Shown: positions 13,385 to 26,609, counted from the first letter of the whole stretch. The stretch: DNA of 63,097 bases, filler included, from Octopus bimaculoides (GCF_001194135.2; 8 parts of 7 records of this genome joined end to end with filler, not necessarily neighbours in it), one strand, 5' to 3'. The notes: generated by a model from the sequence alone, not told the origin. Numbers and translations: made by a program.

Positions 13385-13535
13385 ATATATATAAAACGAT
13401 AAGAAATGGAGCAATAATAAACAGTTAGAAGTAGATCATTGGTGTTTTAAAGTCATTTAATAACGATGACTTTAAAACACCAATGATCTCAAAACTGTTA
13501 TTATTGATCCATTTCTTATCGTTTTTTATATATAT
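13385..13535. repeat. Inverted repeat, about 70-bp arms, 9-nt loop
   Basis: The inner 24 bp are perfect and the outer arms are diverged. Confidence 0.9.
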
Positions 13536-14517
13536 TAAACCACGGTTTTACTTTTTAAATTACCTACTACCATATACCTCATAACAAGGACCATACATCT
13601 TGAGGTAATACCAGGAGTGCCTTTGGATACATCTATCCCTTAGATGGTTACATCACCTCTAACTTATATCTTACACAACAAATATATATATATANNNNNN
13701 NNNNNNNNNNNNNNNNNNNNNNNNNNNNNNNNNNNNNNNNNNNNNNNNNNNNNNNNNNNNNNNNNNNNNNNNNNNNNNNNNNNNNNNNNNNNNNNNNNNN
13801 NNNNNNNNNNNNNNNNNNNNNNNNNNNNNNNNNNNNNNNNNNNNNNNNNNNNNNNNNNNNNNNNNNNNNNNNNNNNNNNNNNNNNNNNNNNNNNNNNNNC
13901 AGGTCGCGGTCTCAAATTATTATATATATAATAATTTTTCTATTGTCTTGGCTGAACAGCCCTCACCGTTTGTTTTTACTGTCGTGTTCTTACTGTCCTA
14001 TTCTTGTTAACACTTTCACCCTCCGCAAAAAATTCAAAATTTTATTTAATTTGCTTTGCGGGAAGGACTGTTCCAACGAAGTCGCGTATTGTTCTTGCTT
14101 TCGAAACGCGGAGTAGCTGGAACAGGGACAACTGACGAAGGGTTATACTCGTTATGTTGCATGTCTCTTTTCTCTGTTTTTACGTTGTTCGAAAAAAGTT
14201 CGTTTTCTGTTTTCGTTTTTGTTTTCGTTTCTCATAGTGTTTAACATTTTTTTAATGTCTTGTACCCATATATGCATGTATGTATAGATATAGATGTAGG
14301 TATGAACATATATGTATGGATATATGCATATATTTATATATTATTTATATTATTATATGATCGAACACCACGCATCCTTTTCCAAGTAAGTTTTATCTTA
14401 ATAATTACAATGCGCACTTTTCTACTATCTCTTCCCTGCCTATCTCTCTCCCTCTCTTGTTCTTCAGCCTTTCTATTTTTCTCTTCCACCTTTTCCCTAT
14501 TCTTTTCTCCCTTTCAC

Positions 14518-14544
<27 letters not shown>

Positions 14545-14552
<8 letters not shown>

Positions 14553-14866
14553 ACAGAGGGGATAACGGAAGACGATGAGACTCCTGAGTTTACTGTGCTG
14601 AAAAAGACATGTCAAGCTAAGTAAAAGAGTGATTGTTCTTGCATACAGGCTCATACCCTGCAACTCTCTCCGACTGAGTATCCCTAATCTTGCAGGCTTG
14701 TAGGTGCTGGTGCCATGTGAAAAGCACCCAGTGCACTCTGTAAAGTGACTGGCGTTAGGAAGGGAATCCAGTCTTAGAAAACATGCCCTTCAGCTGGTCA
14801 GCTCCTGTCAAACCATCCAACTCATGCCAGCATGGAAAACAGGCATTTAAGTGATGATGATGATGG
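14545..14866 (+). mobile_element. RTE-type tail repeat
   Basis: GGTGCCATGTGAAAAGCACCC...GCATGGAAAACAGGCATTTAAGTGATGATG. Further pieces at 11140-11250 (-), 27930-28103, 50700-50850 and 51925-52148. Confidence 0.7.
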
Positions 14867-14898
<32 letters not shown>

Positions 14899-15066
14899 CA
14901 TACATATANNNNNNNNNNNNNNNNNNNNNNNNNNNNNNNNNNNNNNNNNNNNNNNNNNNNNNNNNNNNNNNNTATATATCCCGGTCATTTCAAAATATAA
15001 CTACATGTGAATTGTTGGCGATTTTTTCCTCCGTCTTCTTTTTCTCTTGGACTTTCCCATGTCTCC

Positions 15067-15103
15067 TGTTTCTGAAGAAGAGCTTTGTCCGAAACGTAAA
15101 ACA
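15067..15103 (+). ncRNA. Minimal type I hammerhead ribozyme
   Basis: TGTTT-CTGAAGA-A-GAGC(TTT)GTCC-GAAA-CG-TA-AAACA: perfect 5-bp stem I, ACGT palindromic stem III, one mismatch in stem II. Confidence 0.7.
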
Positions 15104-15199
15104 TTTCTTTCCTTCCCTGAGCATCTTTTAATACATTGAATTACAACGTTCTTGCATTGTTTTTCTTGTATCATTTGTTTCATTTTGGGGGGATTAACT

Positions 15200-15242
<43 letters not shown>

Positions 15243-15629
15243 AAGGAAAGATAGATAGATAGATTGATGGACAGTCATATAGATGAACAGATTAACAGGC
15301 AGATAAATTAATTAATAGGTAAAGAGATAGATCGATTAACAGACAGATATATAGATGAGGGTTGTTTTTGCTCTTATTATGGCTAACAACAATCAAATAC
15401 TGTTACAATTAATATAGGAATTAGCCAAAAGTCTGGTAAAGTGGAAGAAAGAAAGAAAGTGTAAAGGAACATCCTCTCTTTTATATTCCATAGGTTAATA
15501 AAGACAATTGTAGAAATTAATTAGTCTTCCGTTATTCTGAATTTTGGATTGTGTTTTTGCAAAGAATTTGTTGAGGAAAATCAAAAACAAAAAAAAATTC
15601 AGTTAAAAGAAACCCAGCAACATTGTTGT

Positions 15630-15675
15630 TGCCATCATCTTCTTCTTCATCATTCCCATCCTCGTCGTCATCATT

Positions 15676-15713
<38 letters not shown>

Positions 15714-16250
15714 TCTAATCATCATCGTCGTCGTCGTCATCATCACAACCATTGTCGTTGTCATCGTTGTTGTCGTCGTTATTGTCATCATCATTGCATT
15801 CCTCCCCTCCTGTCACCTTCCTTTACTCCCCTCCCCTTTCTACTCCTCCTCCTCTCTTCCTTCCTTCCCTCCTTGTCTTCCTCCCCTCATCCCCCTACTC
15901 CCCTTCCTCATGCACCCCTTCCTCCTCCACCCTTCCTCCTCCACCCTTCCTACTCCACCCTTCCTCATCCACCCTTTCTCCACCCTTCCTCCTCCACTCT
16001 TTCCTTCTCATTCCTTCCCCTCTCCCCTTCCTACTCCCCTTCCTACTCCCCTTCCTACTCCCCTTCCTACTCCCCTTCTATATCTACCTCCTCCTCGTCT
16101 CCTCCTCTTCCTCTTCCTCCGCTGCCACTTCCTCCTACTCCACCTCATCATCATCATCATCGTCATCGTCGTCATCATCATCATCACCATCATTAGCAGC
16201 AGCAGTAGCAGCAGCACCTCTGAGCTCATCACTAAAGTCATCATCATTAT
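15630..16250. repeat. Compound low-complexity tract: (CAT)n, C/T-rich repeats, 12-mer CTCCCCTTCCTA x4-5, (GCA)n
   Basis: Directly visible. Simple repeats of CA, TA, AAT, GAT, TAGA and TATG occur throughout the window. Confidence 0.9.
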
Positions 16251-17133
16251 CAGCACCAAATAAGTGTGTGTGTNNNNNNNNNNNNNNNNNNNNNNNNNNN
16301 NNNNNNNNNNNNNNNNNNNNNNNNNNNNNNNNNNNNNNNNNNNNNNNNNNNNNNNNNNNNNNNNNNNNNNNNNNNNNNNNNNNNNNNNNNNNNNNNNNNN
16401 NNNNNNNNNNNNNNNNNNNNNNNNNNNNNNNNNNNNNNNNNNNNNNNNNNNNNNNNNNNNNNNNNNNNNNNNNNNNNNNNNNNNNNNNNNNNNNNNNNNN
16501 NNNNNNNNNNNNNNNNNNNNNNNNNNNNNNNNNNNNNNNNNNNNNNNNNNNNNNNNNNNNNNNNNNNNNNNNNNNNNNNNNNNNNNNNNNNNNNNNNNNN
16601 NNNNNNNNNNNNNNNNNNNNNNNNNNNNNNNNNNNNNNNNNNNNNNNNNNNNNNNNNNNNNNNNNNNNNNNNNNNNNNNNNNNNNNNNNNNNNNNNNNNN
16701 NNNNNNNNNNNNNNNNNNNNNNNNNNNNNNNNNNNNNNNNNNNNNNNNNNNNNNNNNNNNNNNNNNNNNNNNNNNNNNNNNNNNNNNNNNNNNNNNNNNN
16801 NNNNNNNNNNNNNNNNNNNNNNNNNNNNNNNNNNNNNNNNNNNNNNNNNNNNNNNNNNNNNNNNNNNNNNNNNNNNNNNNNNNNNNNNNNNNNNNNNNNN
16901 NNNNNNNNNNNNNNNNNNNNNNNNNNNNNNNNNNNNNNNNNNNNNNNNNNNNNNNNNNNNNNNNNNNNNNNNNNNNNNNNNNNNNNNNNNNNNNNNNNNN
17001 NNNNNNNNNNNNNNNNNNNNNNNNNNNNNNNNNNNNNNNNNNNNNNNNNNNNNNNNNNNNNNNNNNNNNNNNNNNNNNNNNNNNNNNNNNNNNNNNNNNN
17101 NNNNNNNNNNNNNNNNNNNNNNNNNNNNNNNNN

Positions 17134-17165
<32 letters not shown>

Positions 17166-17482
17166 TATATACATACAAATATATGTGTTAGTGTGTGTGT
17201 GTGCATGTGTGCGTGTGCTTGTGTGTTAGTGTTTAGTTTAATTACTGACTAATTATATTTCATCTAATGTCTATCCACAGGAAGTTATCTGCACACGTGT
17301 TGGGTATAAGAAACTTCTCTGATTATGGAAAGGATGTTAAGCTTAGTGGCGGAGAGGAAACAAATGCTCTCTTGCAAGAGAGGAATGATGATGATGAATT
17401 TCCTGTAGTTTCCCTTATGGACAGAGTTCCAACTTTGTCTCCGCCACATAATAACAACAACAACAACAACAGCAACAACAAC

Positions 17483-17529
<47 letters not shown>

Positions 17530-17559
17530 CAATAATAATAGTGCATTACAAGGCATTAG

Positions 17560-18135
17560 CTTTTATGGCTTTTCATCTTAACTGATTGGAAGTGTTATCA
17601 CATACATTGTTTTGCCTTGGTATAAAAGATGGGCTACAGCAAATATTCTGCTCAATACCACAGATTTGCTTGTCAGTTGTTTGACCTTAACCAGTCGATT
17701 ATCTCCCTTGGTGGCTGATGATATGTGCATTTCTGATCACGAGCAAAAGTAGTGGGGGAGCATCATAGCCATGTTTTGAGAGGAATTCTTTGGGATTTGG
17801 ATAATTCACTTCTGGAAACATGGGTGTTTGGTTCAACATCTTTAAGCAAATCTTATTCAGGGACCTTCTGAGCTGGATGGGCTACTAAATCTGAAGAAAA
17901 GGGCCCCATCTGCAAGGTCATGCGCTGTTTATCTTGATATGAGATCATCATGTCGCGCACATATGGTTGTGATGCATGTGCCTAGTGTACTCTTATCAGA
18001 CGTGTAGTCATGATGGGCTTCGTATGTTTGTACCCCAGTGTCACTTTGATGGCACGCACTGCTCTCTCATTCAGTGATAATAATAATAATAATGATAATA
18101 ATAATGATAATAATAATAATAATAATAATAATTCT
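17560..18135 (+). mobile_element. Non-coding retroposon 3' region ending in (TAA)n
   Basis: GC-richer block between two TAA microsatellites; no ORF. Family not identified. Confidence 0.45.
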
Positions 18136-18344
18136 TTCTACTAGAGGCACAAAGCCTTAAACTGGAGGGAAAGAGGCTAATTGATGATATCAGCCCTAGT
18201 ATTCAACTAGTTCTTATTTCATTGACCCCAAACGGATGAAAGGCAAAGTCGACCTCGGCAGAATTGGAACTCACAACGAGAAGATGGACGAAATGCCGCC
18301 AAGCGTTTCGCCTAGGGTGCTAACAATTTTATCAGTTCGCCGCT

Positions 18345-18396
<52 letters not shown>

Positions 18397-18397
18397 T

Positions 18398-18790
18398 GAT
18401 AATCAAAAAATAGCTCTGTTAGGAACAGCTCACATCCTACACGAGATACTATCTATTCAATAATACGACATAAACAAAACAATCCACAAACACAAGACAC
18501 ACTCTATACAGTAATTATCCAATGGAATAAACTTCTACCAGCAAACCGATTAACCAACGCATTACACATTCAATACACGATGCAAACAGTAATACAACAA
18601 AAGGATGTACCACACTTCAAGAGAAAAAAAACTAACACAATGCAATACCGGGAAGTGTTTGCACACTCCTAACAACAAAAAAGAACACACAATGCTGTAC
18701 CCCTACCCCAGCAACATGGAGGTATGACAGGTGATGCAGTAGAAATTTGCTGAAGTTACCAAATGTTGATCAATAATAAGAATAATAGTA
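18398..18790 (+). mobile_element. 5'-truncated R4/Dong-like LINE inside a (TAA)n microsatellite
   Basis: NQKIALLGTAHILHEILSIQ* resembles the R4/Dong ORF C-terminus; TAA repeats on both sides. Confidence 0.7.
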
Positions 18791-19012
18791 ATAACAATGG
18801 TTTAAAATTTTGGCTCAAAGCCAGCAATTTTCGGGGAGGCAATAGGTAAATTACATCGACCCCAGTATCCTATTAGCATTTGTTTTATTGACCCCGAAAA
18901 CATGAAACGCAAAGTCGACCTTGGCAGAATGTGAACTCAGAATGTAAACGAAGACAAAATGCCTCTCAGCATTTTGTCGACGATAATAATGATAGTAGTA
19001 GTAGTAGTAGTA

Positions 19013-19054
<42 letters not shown>

Positions 19055-19624
19055 GTAATGATGATGATGATGATTATGTTTGTAAGAAATGTATTATATA
19101 TAAAGGGATAATAAAGTGGAATATGTTCATAATATTAACATGTTTATGTAATTAAGGCATTTTTATTAAATAAAAATTTACCGGTTTATCAAGTGAGTCT
19201 CTTGAGTTTCCTTCGTCTATCTTTAAACCAGCCAACAGAAAAGAATACCCTGTGTGTATGTGTATGTATGTATGTATGTATGTATGTATGTATGTATGTA
19301 TGTATGTATGTATGTATGTGTGTGTGTGTGTGTGTATGGATGGATGGATGGATGGACGGATGTAAGCATGTATGTATGTAAGCACGTATGTATGTATGTA
19401 TGGATGGATGGATGGATGGATGGACGGACGGAAGGATGTAAGTATATATGTATGTATATATGAGCACGTATGTATGTATGAATGTAAGCATGTTTGCTGT
19501 ATTTGTGTATGTATTGTGTATGACGTGTGAACGTATGTATAAATGCGCATCCATCCATCCATACATACATACATACATAATACATATATACATGCGTGCT
19601 TACATACATACATGCATACATACA

Positions 19625-19783
19625 TGCAGGAGTGGCTGTGTGGTAAGTAGCTTACTTACTAACCACATGGATCCGGGTTCAGTCCTACTTCGTGGCACCT
19701 TGGGCAAGGGTCGTCTAGATAGCCTCGGGCCAACCAAAGCCTTGTGAGTGGATCTAGTAGACGGAAACTGAAAGAAGCCCGTC

Positions 19784-19788
<5 letters not shown>
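19625..19788 (+). mobile_element. SINE family A, 5' half
   Basis: GCAGGAGTGGCTGTGTGGTAAG...GGAAACTGAAAGAAGCCCGTCG, then (TA)n. Confidence 0.85.
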
Positions 19789-19828
<40 letters not shown>

Positions 19829-22282
19829 TGGATATAACATTGGGAAACTCGTGGTTTTCGCTGGTATGTCTTTAATTAAATAGATAACAAAGATAACAAA
19901 GAAATTAAGAATGTTTGGACACTAAACAAATGAGTACACAGCAATTTCATTATCGCTCTTCTCACGTCTTGTGATGGTCCCGGCTGAAGACACTCCTATG
20001 AATCCTGAACCTTTCTCGAACCTGTAATGTTTCTGATTGCACTATCCAACCAGAGAAACTACACTACTCGTTCTCTATAGAATGCAAATGCGAAATTCTT
20101 TATCGGCTGCATTATCTGACAACTAGAAAGCTGTAAGTGTCTGGTGAGATTCCAGATGACCGGCTCCTATTCTTGGTTTTTGCTTAATTCTTTATTACGA
20201 CAATCAAGTTCCATTCATATAATCCTTTCTACTATAAGCACAAAGCCTGAAATTTTGGGGTGGGAGCTAGTCATTTACATCGATCCCAGTGCTCAACTGG
20301 TATTTATTTTATCGACCCTGGAAGAATGAAAAGCAAAGTTGACCTCAGTGGAATTTGAACCCCGAAGGTACCGACGGACGAAGTTCCATTCATATGAGAT
20401 ATTTATAAAGCTATTACTAAAATCCGCGTGTATACAAACGAAACAAAGGTACATAAAAACGCGAGAGGGCTAAAAAGATAACAATCAAGTATTTAAGCTA
20501 CACTATATAAACAGATGGTTATATAAAAACAGAGACGAATAATTTAAAGACATGATCTTTGGAATCAAGAAAAACAGATTGAGTAACCCACCCACATACA
20601 GTCGGATGAGAAATCACCATCTAGGATGGGTTAGAGCAATTCACGATTTTGCCTTCCGGCTGTCCCTTGTACCGGTACCTACTGCACTCAAAACTCTTTA
20701 TGAGCATTTTCAGTTTTGGATGTGATAACCCTTTCTACTACAGGACAAGGCCTGAAATTTGTGGGAAGGGAGTAAGTCGATCACATTGACCCTAGTGTTT
20801 CACTGGTGCTTAATTTATCGACTTCGAAAGAATGAAAGGCAAAGTCGACCTCGGCGGAATTTGAACTCAGAACGTAAAGACGGACGAAATGCCGTTAAGC
20901 ATTTTTTTCCCGGCGCGCTAACGATTCTGCCAGCTCGTCGCCTTAGTGTTGAACGTGATAATAGCACGACATGTGTGGCAAGATATTTTTCTTGCAGTGA
21001 TTGACCATTGAGTGTACTTTCTTTGATACTGCATGATAGGAGTCTTTTGAGAAATTTCCTGGTTTTATTTTCATCTTTCCATCCTCAAATGTTCCTCACC
21101 AAATTTCTCAAAGCTTTCTGTATGTACCTTCAGGAAAGCATTAGTATCCTGCACAGTTGTGAAATTCACTTCATTTATCCTTTGAGTAAACATGGTTTTT
21201 GGGAGGTAGTAGTGGTATTTTCTACTTTCACACTCTATCCGATTGACTTCTATTGTTCACTTTCCATATCAACCTCATTGTCTCAAGGCACCTCTATAAA
21301 TCGGTACTATAGGAGTCTTTGGCTTTTGATTCATGGAAATCGGTTTCAGGAATTGAAAATAAGGCATATCATGTGGTTATTCACGGAGCTACAATCTGTC
21401 ATACAGCTCGTGATGCTGTCGAAACAATATATATATATATAGATATGCATATATANNNNNNNNNNNNNNNNNNNNNNNNNNNNNNNNNNNNNNNNNNNNN
21501 NNNNNNNNNNNNNNNNNNNNNNNNNNNNNNNNNNNNNNNNNNNNNNNNNNNNNNNNNNNNNNNNNNNNNNNNNNNNNNNNNNNNNNNNNNNNNNNNNNNN
21601 NNNNNNNNNNNNNNNNNNNNNNNNNNNNNNNNNNNNNNNNNNNNNNNNNNNNNNNNNNNNNNNNNNNNNNNNNNNNNNNNNNNNNNNNNNNNNNNNNNNN
21701 NNNNNNNNNNNNNNNNNNNNNNNNNNNNNNNNNNNNNNNNNNNNNNNNNNNNNNNNNNNNNNNNNNNNNNNNNNNNNNNNNNNNNNNNNNNNNNNNNNNN
21801 NNNNNNNNNNNNNNNNNNNNNNNNNNNNNNNNNNNNNNNNNNNNNNNNNNNNNNNNNNNNNNNNNNNNNNNNNNNNNNNNNNNNNNNNNNNNNNNNNNNN
21901 NNNNNNNNNNNNNNNNNNNNNNNNNNNNNNNNNNNNNNNNNNNNNNNNNNNNNNNNNNNNNNNNNNNNNNNNNNNNNNNNNNNNNNNNNNNNNNNNNNNN
22001 NNNNNNNNNNNNNNNNNNNNNNNNNNNNNNNNNNNNNNNNNNNNNNNNNNNNNNNNNNNNNNNNNNNNNNNNNNNNNNNNNNNNNNNNNNNNNNNNNNNN
22101 NNNNNNNNNNNNNNNNNNNNNNNNNNNNNNNNNNNNNNNNNNNNNNNNNNNNNNNNNNNNNNNNNNNNNNNNNNNNNNNNNNNNNNNNNNNNNNNNNNNN
22201 NNNNNNNNNNNNNNNNNNNNNNNNNNNNNNNNNNNNNNNNNNNNNNNNNNNNNNNNNNNNNNNNNNNNNNNNNNNNNNNNNN

Positions 22283-22358
<76 letters not shown>

Positions 22359-22614
22359 GAGTAAACTGCCCTCTTTCCGATTTCTTTAAGGAAATGACAT
22401 TTAATTAGTGCATAACAAATGACTGTGGAACCGGTTCTTTGTCAAGCAGTTGGCACCAAAATGCAAATAAATGTTGATGGGTGCATTGCATGTTGCATAA
22501 TGAATGTAGGAACACATTTCAAGCTGCACTTTCAGGTCGTCTTTGAAACTGAATTTCTCCTTCCTTTAAATTTGGATATATTAAAAGCAATAAGTATGAG
22601 CTTAAAATTTCTTT

Positions 22615-22972
22615 GCGCGGGCGTTGCTGTGTGGTAAGACGTTTGTTTCCCAACCACGTGGGTCCGAGTTCTGTCCCAGTGCGTGGCATGTTTGTAGCCT
22701 CGGTTGTGCAAGGATTTGGTAGACGGAACCTGAAAGAGCCTGTCGTACACGCACACACACACACACATACATATACTCACACGCATATATATATATCGTG
22801 TGTTTCCCCCCATCACTTCTTGACAATTGGTGTTGGTTTATTTACATTCTCGGGACTTAGCGGTTCGGTAAAAGAAACTGATTCGGTAAGTAGCAAACTT
22901 TAAAAAATGTTCTGGGGTTGATTTGTATAACTAAACCCTCCTAGGCAGTGCTAGTAACTGAAACAATAAAAA
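22615..22972 (+). mobile_element. SINE family A
   Basis: Diverged full-length copy. Confidence 0.75.
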
Positions 22973-23778
22973 TTAAGAAATACGGTATAGATATACACTC
23001 AGATATACACATAGCAATAAATAATTAAAGAAAGAAAGAAAGAAACAGATACTATACTCTACAACAGAATATGTTGATGAATTTTTAGCCAATCGTGCAC
23101 GTACTGTAGCTTACAAGAGTTTCATAGACAGGTTTATAAAATTTAAATTTCAAAGTTAATTTAACTTATAATAACTGAGAAATGTTATCCAACATGAATG
23201 GAATTTTGTCACAATATTTTGTAAACCTTATTGTAGATAATATCATGGATTTCATTTAAGGCAACGAGTTGCTAGAATCATTAGCACGCTGGGCAAAATG
23301 CTTAGCGACATTTCGTCCGTCTTTACGTTCTGAGTTCAAGTTTGAAGTCGACTTTGCCTTTCATCCTTTCGGGATCAATAAAGTAAGTATCAGTTGACTA
23401 CTGGTGACTACTGGAGTCAATATAATCGTTTTTACTTCTCCTGAAACTTGCTGGCGTTGTGCCAAAATCTGAAACCAATATCATGGATTTTATCCGATTA
23501 GTCACGAACTTGATTAAATTATCAAAGACACACTTATCCACGTTTATCCACTCTCTAATCAATGTGTCTTTCATTTTCAATAATTGATGTTATTTCCGAG
23601 GATCTTGCTCCCAATCTTCCAGCCAGATGTTTCCATATGTTTCCTATTATATTAAGACTGGCGCTTTGAGTAACTCATTTCAGAATTTCTTTTCCGTGAG
23701 CTTTTTCTCCCTGTACTTGTATGGTATGTAGCTCAATTTTCTTGAAAAACTGGTTTTATCAACTCTCTTTTCAAATAT

Positions 23779-24008
23779 TTTTTTATTGCCCACAAGGGGC
23801 TAAACACAGAGAGGACAAACAAGGACAGACAAACGGATTAAGTCGATTACATCGACCCCAGTGCGTAACTGGTACTTTATTTATCGATCCCGAAAGGATG
23901 AAAGACAAAGTCGACCTCGACGGAATTTGAACTCAGAACGTAACGGCAGACGAAATACTGCTAAGCATTTTGCCAGGCGTGCTAACGTTCCTGCCAGCTC
24001 ACCGCCTT
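23779..24008 (-). mobile_element. SINE family B with target-site duplication
   Basis: CTTTTCAAATAT at 23767 and 24006. Confidence 0.88.
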
Positions 24009-24728
24009 TTCAAATATATTGGTCAATTTAAATGGTATTTTTTTTTCAGGAAAATAATGATCTGCTTGTCATCAAATTTCCCTCAAGTGGAGGCGCGTGA
24101 CTTAGTGGTTGGGGTGTTGGACACATGAGCATAAGATTGTGATTTCGATTCCTGGACGGGCGACACGTTGTATTCTTGAGCAAAACACTTCATTTCACGC
24201 TGGTCCAGTCCACTCAGCTGGCAAAAAAGAGTAATCTTACGATGGCTTGTCCAGGTGGGGAATTCATAAGTCATGGAAACCGGGTAACAGACCGTTTTGA
24301 GTCGGCATGGCTCGAAAAGGTTTTTTGATAAACTTCCCTCAATGAAATAAGTTACTGACTTTAGAATAATTTGCTTGACAAATCCTTTCCAAACGGTGTC
24401 ACATAATGACCAAAGTCCAGTAATTGAAACAAATAAAAGAACAATAGAACCCTTGGAGCTCATTACGTTTTCATCTTTTCAAAGATTCATCTGCAAGCAA
24501 TCGGAAACAATAAATTCTTCATTAAAATAAATGATATCCAACTTTCTAAAGATCCAATTTCACGACGCTCTTTGCAGAATTCAAACTATCGATATAAAAT
24601 TCAGAAAGAATTCCTGAAAGACAGTCAATTGGAAGGAGATCGAAGAACAAATGTATATAATTTTTTCTTTTAAAAGGAGAAATCAAGGAAAAGGTTCATG
24701 TAAGAATGGATATCGCTTAATGTCGTAG

Positions 24729-25072
24729 AATCAGTTCAGTACTACCTGTGCTCCAGAACAAATCGGACAGTAAGTTGACGCCAAAGGTTTCTGTTGGTTC
24801 CGCTTTTCTCTGCATCCGGCCTTTTGATATTGGTTTCTCTCATGTCAGTTAGGAATGTTCTGCGCCATGTAGCTTTCGGCCTTCCCCTCTTTATTTTCCT
24901 CTCCATTGGTGTCCATTTAAAAGCTGTTTTAGAAAGGCGTTGTTTAGGTAGCCGAAGCATTTGACCTGCTAGTTTTGATCTTCATTTTGTGACAATTTAG
25001 ATGTATGGTCATATATTGCCTTTCTTTCGAAAGTCTTTATGGTTATGTGATCGTATTCCAGAGAATATGCAC
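24729..25072 (-). mobile_element. RTE-clade LINE 3' end
   Basis: LAGQMLRLP...KWTP...RGRPKATWRRTF...RNLWRQL, typical of the RTE ORF C-terminus, ending in an ACTGA-ACTGA-like tail. Confidence 0.8.
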
Positions 25073-25074
25073 TA

Positions 25075-25265
25075 TCTTGTCCTCCAACACATCCAGCCCT
25101 CGCACAAAGATCTGGCTCTATAATAGCATAGTTCTGCCAACAGTTCTCTTATGCCAGTGTGACATAGACAAAGCAGCGTGAAAATCGACCGAGAGCTAAA
25201 CGTGTTCCTCCAGAGATGCTTGAGGACTTCTGAGAACGCCCTGGCAAGACTACATAACCCCAAAT
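25075..25265 (+). mobile_element. RTE-clade LINE fragment, opposite orientation
   Basis: With frameshifts: RTKIWLYNSIVLPTV-YAS...RELNVFLQRCLR-LLRTPWQDYIT, the segment just upstream of the RTE C-terminus. Confidence 0.7.
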
Positions 25266-25616
25266 GTCATAGAATAGCGTCATAAAATAAATGCTTCTGA
25301 TTTAGACACAAGGCATGCAATTTTAAGAGAAAGGGGTTAGACGATACCTTTGACTCAAGTACATGACCAAAGTGAGGTTTGAACTTCCAGCGTGAAGATT
25401 CGTCACCAATTCTGTAAAGCATTTTCTCTGGCGTTTCTAACGATTCGCGAAATCGATAAAATAACATATGACTTTGTATCAAGACACGAATGGAGTTTAT
25501 ATATTATTGAAGATTTTATACGCAAGGAAAGAGCTCTAATTTAGAGTTTATGCATGCGTATATGTACGTGTATATGCATGTGTGTGTGTGTGTGTGGTGC
25601 AGTGGTGTGTGTGTGT

Positions 25617-25652
<36 letters not shown>

Positions 25653-26609
25653 TTGTGTGTGTGTGTAATATAATAAAATATAAATGACACACTGATAATA
25701 TATGAAGTGTTATGAAGTTAAAGGTCTGAATACAACTATATATATATATATATATATACATTTGTATCTATGTATATATGTTTACATATACATGTGTATA
25801 CATGTATAAATATTATATATATAATATATATATTATATGTATAATATATATACATATATATGTGTGTAATACGTATGTATATATGTGTATGTGTGTATGT
25901 ATTATACATATATCATCATCATCATCATCATCTATATATATATATTCATATATGCATGTATGCATCTGTGTGTGTGTGCGCGCGCGCACACACGGCACGA
26001 TCGTGTTTATTAGGGCAAGATCGACTACAGCATATATATACCTGCCGGCCGAATTCGCTGCTTATTTTATTATGAAAACATGGGGAGGTACTTGAAGAAT
26101 GCTCAGTGAACCGTCGAGAAGGATTGCTTAAGTGAAAAGTCAACAAGTAAGGGAAGAGACAGAAGCCAGCAGGCGAGGACTTCCAGATGAAGGAATGAGC
26201 TCGTCAACCTTTTTGAAATGATTACATGTGAGGTTGAGGAGGAAACGATAACTGGGCGGCGGGGAGGTGAGGAAGTGGTGGTGGTGGCGGTGGCGGTGGT
26301 GGTGGTGATGGCGATGGTGGTGNNNNNNNNNNNNNNNNNNNNNNNNNNNNNNNNNNNNNNNNNNNNTTAATTAATTAANNNNNNNNNNNNNNNNNNNNNN
26401 NNNNNNNNNNNNNNNNNNNNNNAATGACTGAAACAAGTAAAAGATAAAAGCTGTGTATATCTATATATATGCATACACAAACATACAACACCTGCACATA
26501 GACATACACAAGCATATTACATCTATAAACATATACATCTATAAACATATACATCTATATACATATCCACACCCCTAAATCTCTTTACATATCTTTATTT
26601 GTTCATGCA

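Noticed and set aside
14090-14160. Hammerhead at CTGACGAAGGG (related copy at 190-240, minus strand)
   Set aside because: Neither copy has GAAA after stem II, and the upstream GAAACG lacks the required U.
15549-16263. His/Pro-rich protein ORFs
   Set aside because: Pure low-complexity repeat that is open in many frames, with no splice or domain support.
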